The notes below the pieces were generated by a model. That model had not been told where the DNA came from. It saw nothing but the letters and a program-made list of their open reading frames with translations, and ran no database searches. 34,671 nucleotides of DNA from Nemertoderma westbladi (taxonomy: Eukaryota; Animalia; Xenacoelomorpha). Below, piece by piece: positions 9,505 through 18,800 of the stretch. Every line of letters starts with the position of its first letter. Position 1 is the first letter of the stretch. The stretch spans positions 1 to 34,671 of the forward strand of contig JAUCBJ010000643.1 of the NCBI GenBank assembly GCA_032718475.1. Reading direction: 5' to 3'. Both the position numbers and the translations under genes were made by a program.

Positions 9505-11896
9505 GTGAGCGATCGGGAGTGTTCGAAATGGTGGAGAAACTTGTTAGAAAGAGAAAGGCGGAGATGGGAGTAAATACTAGTAGACTTCACCGAGAGGCAT
9601 CCGGAGGAGAAGACGAGGGGATACTACGAGCGGTTAGAGAAGGGTCACAAGGCGCGAGCGCTGCAGGACCATTTCAGGGAGGTGCACGAGAGGCGGCTGG
9701 TCTGGACCTACGGGAAGCCGTCGCTAGACAACGCGATCCTCGAGCATTTCCACTACGTGGTGAAGGGAGACGAGGCGAAGTTCGGGATACCGAAGTATCC
9801 GAGGGAACCACCCAGAAAGGATTGGAAGAGGTTCGTAGAGTCTGTCAGCAGGGGAGGATATATGGTCCTAGACGACGAAGGGTCCGTGGAAGACGAGGAG
9901 GGTTCGAGAAGAGGGTCGGCAGGGTCGGCCAGAACCATACTTCTGCATTTGGCTGCACCAAATGGGGACATATTCCTGTTCGATCTGGGAACGTATGGGA
10001 AGAAGAACGGGCTGAAGTTAAACCCGGTTGCCAAGGGCGGTGCAGAACGTAGTAAGAGAGAAGTCGACGATAAAGGTGGGATCAGCGATCCGCGACGATG
10101 CGGAGAGGATCATCGGTCCGGAGACCCGCAACCTCCTGGACATGCAAACGGTCTATATGGCTATGACAGGGCCAGCCGGGTTGGGACTAGTAGAGAACAC
10201 GGGCCATTGTGGAGCGGTGGCGATGGGCCAGCTAATGGGGCTCGTATGCCACAAGCCAATGGACTGGGGTAAATTCAGGGAGGAGTATGGAGTGGAGTTA
10301 GCGAACTCGCTGAAGTGGGGAGCGAGGCCGGGGAAACAGGAGGTGTATCAATTCCAGAGAGGAGCGATAAAGATATATCAGAAGCGATATATCCTACAGG
10401 AGGATTGGATAATGATAGGTTTATTAAACCTATTCATGGCCGTGGTTATCGAAAGAGAGCCAACAGCGTTTCTGCTATCTGGATCACCCCTGAACTACAG
10501 AAGAGCCTTCAAAGTGGCTTCCTCGAGGGTCTGGTAGACCACCCGGGGCTGAAGGGCGAGTCGGTATACTACAACTGCCGATATCTAGTAGACAGGGAGG
10601 TGGATACACCGTATCAGAGGTGGGAGAAGCTAGAGGCGGATAGACAGGAGGAGAAGCGATTGGAAGAAATCGCTAGACGAGAAAGGAAGGAGGCAGACGA
10701 AAGAGAGGCGGAAGCTAGAGGAGAGGGCTACGGGTTCGAGGACCAGACGGCCTTGGACGATTTACACTGGACATCAGGGAGCTCGGGCGAGTCTCTAGGG
10801 CGAGAGTTGGGGTGGACGAAACAGTCGACCGAAACACACCGAAAATCACCGAAACAGTCGACAGCGGGATTGCAGGCGATGCCCATACCAGCGGGCGCCG
10901 AGGGCGATTTCGCGAAGAGAAGGCCAGGGGAACTGGAAGGATGGAGAGTCACGGGCGAGAGCCAAGGTGGGAAGGGACATAGTGGATCTACCGGGATACC
11001 GGATTTGGAACCAGTCCCAGCAGAGGATGAAGATGACGACGAGTTCGGAGAGTTGCTGCCCATCGGGAGAATCGGCCACTCAGACATGGACTGGGTTGGC
11101 GGGAGAGTGGTGACGGCCAGCGGGGCGAGGGCCTTATGGGATAGACCCGGCAAGCGGGCCTGGGTGCATGAGGAGCCGGCAATGGATTTCGGGGGGAGCA
11201 CCATCAGGTTGGGCGAGCAACCGGGAACGGCACCACGGGTAGTATTTGGAGAGACGATGCCCAGGCGAGACGAGGAGATAGACATGGACAGGGACGTTAA
11301 CGTCCAGAAGTTTGCTTACCAGCGACTCCATAGACCGAGGAGATCGCTTGGGGCGAAGGACGACTTGGGGCGGGACGCGTTGGTACTCGGCTGTGATTAC
11401 TGCGGGAGGCTTACTCACCAGGAAAGGAGCTGCTTGTACCGATTCCAGAAGGGGACGAGTTGCCTCTACTGCCGTGAGTCGAGTCATAGGATGGGGGCGT
11501 GTCCACGGTTGCACAACCGGTGTTCTGATGTCGGCGTCATGATGCGGCAGCGGATGAAGGCCCAGGAATTCCGGTGGGGTTTCTTTAATATTAACCAGGA
11601 GGCCCACCTGGAGATCATCAAACGGAGGCTTCCGTTTACTTATCAAGAAGTATCAATGGCGGCATCGTATGTGGGAGTGATGAATACACAGGTATTTAGA
11701 CAGATGGACACCACAGAACCGGGGAGAGTTCAGAGATTTCCTGGCGGAGCATGTGCCGCGGGCCATGAAGGTGATCCTATGGGATGCTACTAGGGGGAAG
11801 CAGCAGGGGCACTCGGAGGGGCCACCTGCGAAGCGATACCGGGAGCTAATAACACCAGCGCCCAAGGAGTCGACGACGGAAGTAACGACGAAGTAA
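9505..11896 (+). pseudogene. Extra ORF in the env position: DEDD 3'-5' exonuclease-like domain, coiled coil and tandem CCHC zinc knuckles (frameshifted)
   Basis: Joining ORFs 9682, 10028 and 10315 across frameshifts near 10027, 10520 and 11728 gives VLDDEG (ExoI D-x-E, 9871-9879), ILLHLAAPNGDIFLFDL, LPRAVQNVVREKSTIKVGSAIRDD (ExoII), LLDMQ, YQKRYILQEDW (ExoIII-like), CDYCGRLTHQERSC (11392-11433), CLYCRESSHRMGAC (11461-11502), PPAKRYR and stop TAA 11894-11896. The 5' start is uncertain. Confidence 0.72.
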
Positions 11897-12757
11897 CGGC
11901 AAGGATGAGGAACCTTAAGGAGGACAAGAACAAGGGAGCGGCGACGACCAGGAAGCGACTGAGACAGGACGACGACAGAGGGAAGGAACTGAGATGGTTC
12001 CAAAAGACAGGAGGGGCGAACTAGGACTTGCAGGGGGAGATGTGGGGATGCCTGGAAGGCACCACATGCGAAGTAATACGAACTCCTAAGTGCAAATTTA
12101 ATTAAAAGTGCAATTAGTATGTACGTATGAAGTAATCATTAGAATATAGTCATATAACCAATATAATCAAAGTAAGTACTATAGTCATGCAACCTTTTCC
12201 AACTAACTACTGGGACTGGGGACGAATTGACTATGACAGGACGAGACACTAGACGACTCACACTTCTTGAGCGCGGCGGCGTGAAAGGGGAGGGTGGGGT
12301 TCGTCAGGAGCGAGTGGAGCAGGACGAATAAGGGTGGAGTATAGAATTCAGGGGAGTTAGTGAGAGGTGGTGTTGAGGCGTGAGAAGAGAGTACGGGTGC
12401 GATTCAAATGTGGGGGGGGGGGAGGAGTAAGAGGCAGAGTGAGGGACAAGGAGGTCCGAAAGTAAAGTCAGTTAGAGTGGAAGTAGAGAGAAGTTAAAGT
12501 CAGTTAGAGTGGAGTGGAGATTTAAATATTGTGTGATAGGAGTCCACGATTGTCTCGAACCGAGATGCCAGATGTCTTGGTGCAACATAGGTTGGAGTTG
12601 CACCAAGAGCGGGTAGTAATATCATACCCAGAGGGAGCGGCCTGGAAAGCCGACTCAAAGTAAAAGAACTCCACCCCACACCCGATAGTAGATCGGGTTC
12701 CAGCGGAATTGAAGCGCACTCAAAGGTGATGCTATCTTCTCACCGGGAAGATAGCAT

Positions 12758-12767
12758 GGGGGGGGAG
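12758..12767 (+). other. Polypurine tract (PPT)
   Basis: GGGGGGGGAG directly abutting the TG of the 3' LTR. Confidence 0.9.
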
Positions 12768-13341
12768 TGTGAGCGGATTCAATTCCGCCTCACTATCCCC
12801 ATAAAGTTGGGAAGTGGCGCCCTTTTTCAGCAATATTGGAGATACGAGATTAATAACAATCAATCTCGTATCACACCCAATAACGGGATAAGACAATCCC
12901 CAAAAGCCACACAAAGGGAGGTTAGAGGTCAAACCACCTCGAGGGGGCAGATAACCAACAGCGGGGGGGGAAGCACTCCCACAGAGGTGGGAGGCGTGAA
13001 GTAGGTTGTTAGCCAATAGGGGCGAGGGAGAGCATCCGCTAGGTAACAAGGCCACAGTACCGTAAGAATGATTAGATATATATTATCAGTGTATCGACAT
13101 ACCAATTTAGTTTACTCAGTCACTCAGTGCAGACAGGTGACATTTCACACCGTCACCATTACAGCATCACAATCAGTCCATACCGGTCAGTTATCTATTC
13201 TGTCAACTGTGCTGTCATATATTATCCATCTACGTATGTATAACAATATCATAGCGATAACAACAACAAACTATTATCTTTCTCAACAACACGGTGACGC
13301 GTAGCTTATCAAACCGGTCGGGATCCCTTGATCCCGTCACA
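12768..13341 (+). repeat. 3' LTR (574 bp)
   Basis: Differs from the 5' LTR by 14 substitutions and a 2-bp G-run indel (counted by eye). Followed by TSD GATAT. Confidence 0.97.
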
Positions 13342-13625
13342 GATATACAGTAGACTAGCGGCACCAGCCTGTCTATAATAATAATTATTATAATTGTTAT
13401 ATAATCACACACTTGTAATACAAAAGATAATTCATTTAAACAATGGTAGCTCCACAGGAGGTTGCTGGTAAAGAGAGCCGTTGTCCAATATAATTGTCAT
13501 CTTTGATTGCCTTTCTGAAAAAAATGTATATACGAATAGGATTTTGGAGTATTTACAACAGTTTGTCATCTGACTTCGTTCTTAACTTACTGTATGTGAG
13601 AAATTTACTCGTTAAGTGTCTGTAA

Positions 13626-13745
13626 TGGTGTCGGCGTAGTGTGGACGTTGCGTCGGCTCAATGTCGGCGTGATGTCACCGTTGAATCCGTGTAATATTGG
13701 CGTGATGTCGGCACAGTGTCGGCGTGTTTTTCGGCATGTTGTTTA
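13626..13745 (+). repeat. Degenerate ~11-bp tandem repeat (GTGTCGGCGTG-like)
   Basis: Recurrent TGTCGGC(G/A) motifs in a GC-rich patch within AT-rich flanks. Confidence 0.6.
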
Positions 13746-14813
13746 GTAATATCGGTGTACTGTAGTTGTAAACGTGGTGTCAGGGTGTAGTTGGTAATAG
13801 TTTTATATGGCCTATTTTTATAACATTCATTTTCACGGTATAGGCTAAAGTGTTACCGGTGGTCTGGTAGGTCAGAATCAAACTAAACATGATTTATCTT
13901 TTATAGTTGTCATTTTAAATTTTGAACATATAATTTTTTCAAGACTGTACTAAAGTGTTGGTTTTACTCAAAATTGTAGTATTGTACAGTATATGTTTCA
14001 ATATTTACAGTAATACTGTATATATCATTACAAGATGATTTAGATAACATCGCAAAAATAGCAAAAATAAAATGAAAAATTTTAGCTTATTTTTGATAAA
14101 ATTGCGATTTCTCAAAAATAATGAAGCTTGCCTATACTGTATTTGCTATGAGATAATAAGATGAAAGAATTGCGTCGTGGGTTTCATTTCACTATTTTCA
14201 ACGGGTTAACACATAAATTATTCACATTATGATTATAATATTAATAAATAGCGTTTTCACCCATTCTTATTCTGTTATATTATAAAACAAACCGCACCCA
14301 TTTTGTTCAGGTGTACAATTAATAGTACTGTAAGTCATTGCATTTATCAGTAGGCCTATCACATTTGTTGAAATAACATTGTTTTTATGGAAACTCTATG
14401 TGGGCCTATTACAAGATAATAAATACAGTATGCATAATAACATTAAAATCATAATTTTTTAGTTGTAGTATTGTTGTAGGCCTACTAATGTTAGAATAAA
14501 AATGAGAAAATAGTGAGAAAATAAATCAGGAATGCTATGAGAATGCTAATAAATAATTCCAATATTAGCTTAATGTTAGAATATCATTAGAATGTTAAAG
14601 GTGGTAAATCCACTATTAGAATTCCAATGTTAAAATACTGTAAATAACACTAATTAAATATTTGTTACCGAATACTGCCGAAAGTGCACTTTTATTGCAC
14701 AGGGTCCGAGCGCTTTGCCAAAAAATATTAACCTGGCATTAGTTGAACATTTGAATTTTAATATTTTATTATTTGAATAAAGATGTTAAAAAACATTATT
14801 TTCATGTTGCTAG

Positions 14814-15045
14814 GCTATGGTTTGCTGGGAGTGGATGACGATGGACTGACGATGAACAAGACAGATAGTGCTGAGTATGAAACCAGTATTGTAGCCCAAA
14901 CTAAAAGGAACACGTTAGATATGCATGCACTTACGGTAGGTGGGTGGACAAAGTTCAAAAAATACATGGCGGAATTATTTGGTCTGTGTTTTAGCGTAAT
15001 TTCAATAGCACACCCATAAATTATATTCAGCGTAAATATGATTAA
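14814..15045 (+). CDS. Putative last two coding exons of an unidentified upstream gene (14814-14935 and 15031-15045)
   Basis: Acceptor tttcatgttgctag, 122-nt open exon (YGLLGVDDDGLTMNKTDSAEYETSIVAQTKRNTLDMHALT), donor gtaggt; then ttatattcag followed by RKYD*. AATAAA near 15273 and 15326. No homology recognised. Confidence 0.4.
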
Positions 15046-15726
15046 ACAAGCGTCATTATCAATATTAAAAGCTCGACTTTCCCCCACTGGTCAATTAATA
15101 TGTACACACGAGTTCGACTCTCTTATTAATGGACAAATTTGTTGTTAGTATTACTGCCCAGTAAATGACAACATTTTCAAAGAAAATAGATTATCATAGC
15201 TTATTGATTGATAATAAGGGCAATGTCCACTGAGAAAGATATCAGTCTCCCACACCACAGTTTAGCTAGCATAATAAATTATTATTACTGTAATTTTAAC
15301 TTTAAATTATTACATTTACAAAATTAATAAAGATAGTTTGCTACATGTTAGGAGTAATATGAATATAAAATACTTTAATCTAAACTGAATTCTGTAATAA
15401 TTGATAAATCTGCAAATTGAAACCGCTAATAAATTGTTTATTAATTGAGAATAAAATAAGGGGCCTCTACTGACAAACCCACGGTAAAGTAGCCACCCTA
15501 CTTACCGTAAGTTGGTCTGGTCTGTTGTGGCCCAATAGTTGTGCATATCAGATAAGGTCGGGGTACTACTCCCTGGGTTAAACAAAATATTTAGTGTAGG
15601 AATGTTCTACAGTAGGTCCTGCGTTGGTGGCTGGCGGATAGGTGGCTGTGTGTGGAGGGGAGGATGATATATTTCAGATATATTCACTAAACGCCATAGA
15701 GGAAGATAAAAAAAGAAAAACCGAAA

Positions 15727-15836
15727 ATGCGTTCTTCCGATTACGTTGCTATAGGACTATTTTATTCAGTTTGGATTTTTGGATTGGTATATTACATCTC
15801 CATAATATTCTGTCATGTTCTATCAATTGTATACAG
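15727..15836 (+). CDS. UGCG: UGCG coding exon 1
   Basis: aaaATG with an upstream in-frame TAG (15697); [36 protein letters not shown]; donor gtaact. Confidence 0.85.
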
Positions 15837-18800
15837 GTAACTAACTAATTTACCGCACTGAGCTTATTTCACAACTAAATAGATATTATAATCTCCAACC
15901 ATGAACTGTCGCCTCTGTAATTCAATCACTCTTCCAATCTTCCATTACAATTAACTATATCTATCTCTATATTCACAAGTTTCTATAAATTGTCATAAAA
16001 TATTTGATTATTGTTTTGATCGGAATATATAGGCCTAAAGCAGAGAATTATATATTTAATAAATAACTACAATTAACTTTTATTACGAACAGACATTAAA
16101 CTAGAAAAGCCAGAAATGAAACTGTATAAGCCTACACTTTATTATTATAACAAGACAATCCCAAAAAGTACTGATGCGGGGTCGAACCCGACTAACCTAT
16201 CTCTATAGTGGGGCAGCGGGTTCACTTTGTCAAGTACAATGCACACATTTCCAACCAGACACTATACAGTATAATATTGGAGGTGTCCTATATTGGTGCC
16301 AGCAAGAATTGAACAGATCCACCTCCGCTTTGGAGGACATTAATTTCGCCGTGAGGACCAGCCTGTGCACAATCTCGAGCTTTGGCAGCCTCATGGAGAT
16401 TAAATAGCAAGACATCCATGACTTTCTTAAAAGACCTTGAAGATGTGGATAATCTCGCGAATGTCATGGTGGATAGGGAGTTGTGGCGGTGCAATTTTGT
16501 CGATAAGCCGGCATAGCATTCTTTAGGTTTAGTATTAGAGATTTTTCCAAAGCAAAAACTGCCAGATAATCTAATCGCGTATAATAATTTTCAAAGTAGG
16601 CCTAGACTACGTAATTTCATTGAACAATATAATTAGGTCTTATTGTAGAGTCAATAAAATACTTTATTGACCTTCTGGTCCCTCGATCTCGCGAATTAGC
16701 AGAATCTTTGACGGACTGTTTTGTAAAATTATGGAAAAAAACAAAAAACATAACGCGAATACAAAACCGTCCACTCAAGACCCCACCATCCCTTAACTAC
16801 ATACAGTAGGCCTAATTAAATGTAATAAAAGAGGGGTACTATTTTTCTTTTTTTGCAGCAAATATATATTTCACAGCGAAGCGAAATGTTGCCCGGAAGA
16901 TCTCCAACCTGTAACCATACTAAAACCATTGCTGGGGACAGATTCAAATCTCGTGCACAATCTCATGACGTTTATGGATTTAGATTACCCAAAGGTGATC
17001 AAATACACCACCTCAACAGTTGTACAGTACCGGTAGCTTTATTAGGAGTAATATCTTTACTCAGGTGCAAGATACCTGTACCACTTTCTCTAATTAATTA
17101 TTCAAATAATATTAATGATATCGCATGAAATCTTAAACGGAGAAACAGTAGTTTAGTCTTCGACACTATTATTAGGGCCTACTGTATCTGTGTCTTTTTG
17201 AAAACAATTTTACATATATTATTTCAGAAAATAATGTGAAAGTCATTATAAGATAGTATGAAGAAAGAATTACTGCTGTATAAATAGACATAATAATATA
17301 AGTTTATTATAAAATTTACACCATTGAGGCCTGACGAGACCGCATAGAAACCGAAGAGAAAGACGACTTTAATCCCATATAACATAAACTTTCTAACTGT
17401 TATTAGTCTACTACTTTATTATCTGTATTATTGGTTGTTATTGTACGTTTCTACTTAATAAACCTTTTATTAATTTATTGCAAATATAAGTTAACATTAA
17501 TTCATTTTGAATTTTATTTTCTTGTAGTTTGAAATCCTTTTCTGTGTTCAAGACAGCACTGACCCTGTGATTAAAGTTGTCAACAAATTACTGGAGTCAC
17601 GGCCCGAAGTCAATGCTAAGCTCATTATTGGTGAGTTTCTGTAGGAAAAGTTTATTCTATACCTATAAACTATACATAAACACTAATATCGCTAAACGCG
17701 AACACGAAACTCCGGAGGCAACCCGAAGGCTCCTCTCTCTTGGCTGTTACCTATAAGGCAGGGAGGGAGCCACGCTAACTCCCAAGGGTTAAAACTATGT
17801 ACATAAATATCCAATCATTTCTTTACTCCTGCCGCAGAAGCCAGGTTTATATTATTGTACCGCTGGGTTTACATAAGCACTATTGTCAAATGTCTCATGC
17901 TTAGTGAAAAGTTTATTGCTTAAGTTAAAGTGTCTAGGCTAAAGTAGTGTCTTGTTTAAGCTAAAGTGTCCAGGCTAAAGTGTCTTGTTTAAGCTAAAGT
18001 GTCTAGGCTAAAGTGTCTTGTTTAAGCTAAAGTGTCTAGGCTAAAGTGTCTTGTTTAAGCTAAAGTGTATAGGCTAAAATGTCTTGTTTAAGCTAAAGTG
18101 TCTAGGCTAAAGAGTCTTGTTTAAGCTAAAGTGTCTAGGCTAAAGTGCCTTGTTTAAGCTAAAGTGTATAGGCTAAAGTGTCTTGTTTAGGAACATAACA
18201 ATGCGAAATTTATACAGCATTTAGTCGGATTTTGAACCTCAGCGTTATTCACTATTTTGAAAGCGGTTCAGGGCTGTATCCTCTAATCGTACACAGACTC
18301 ACTGTATCCATTTCCTAAAGTCGAAAAGTATTCCTATTTGTTTTACGTTCTATACACAGGAGGTAAATCAGTTGGAATCAACCCGAAAATCAACAACTTA
18401 ATGCCCGGCTATCTGGTTGCGAAATACGAACATTTATGGATCTGTGACAGCGGAATAATGGGTAAGTTGCATATTACCGGTACCAAGGTACTGCGGTAAC
18501 TACGGTAACTACGGTAATGCTTTATTTTCACTGTTGAATTAAATTGAGTTGAAAAAAGTGTAACATCGATTATTGAGTGAAAAATATCAAAAAGCATTTC
18601 TTAAAAAGAACTCGAATGAACAATTTTTCAGATAATTAATAACGTTTTAGCCGGCGTATACGATGTCAACATTCAGTTCCATTTTTAAAACGTTGAAGAT
18701 ATTAATCGAATCTCATAAAGTATTGAATAGTGTCAATTACTATTAATAGTGAGCAATAGTGATTGACAGAGTCACTTGTCAGTTGTGAAGATGTTTAAAT

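Larger units (their letters stand above)
1547..13341 (+). mobile_element. BEL/Pao LTR retrotransposon, full-length but decayed, with an extra 3' ORF
   Basis: Two TG...CA LTRs, 5-bp TSD GATAT (1542-1546 and 13342-13346), PPT before the 3' LTR, and RT-RNaseH-IN order with Pao-type motifs (KLRMVVDASA, LNDYLLEGP, YVDD, IYDPLG, FSDAS..AYG, PKLEL, WTDS, FVANRV, SDSGTNFVGA). Confidence 0.97.

Noticed and set aside
9483-11896. env gene
   Set aside because: The position fits, but there is no signal peptide or glycosylated Cys-rich ectodomain. The motifs are exonuclease- and knuckle-like.
17330-17352. Hammerhead ribozyme core (CTGACGAGACCGCATAGAAAC)
   Set aside because: The 3' strand of stem II is missing and I could not form stems I and III around a cleavage triplet. 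At best a decayed relic.
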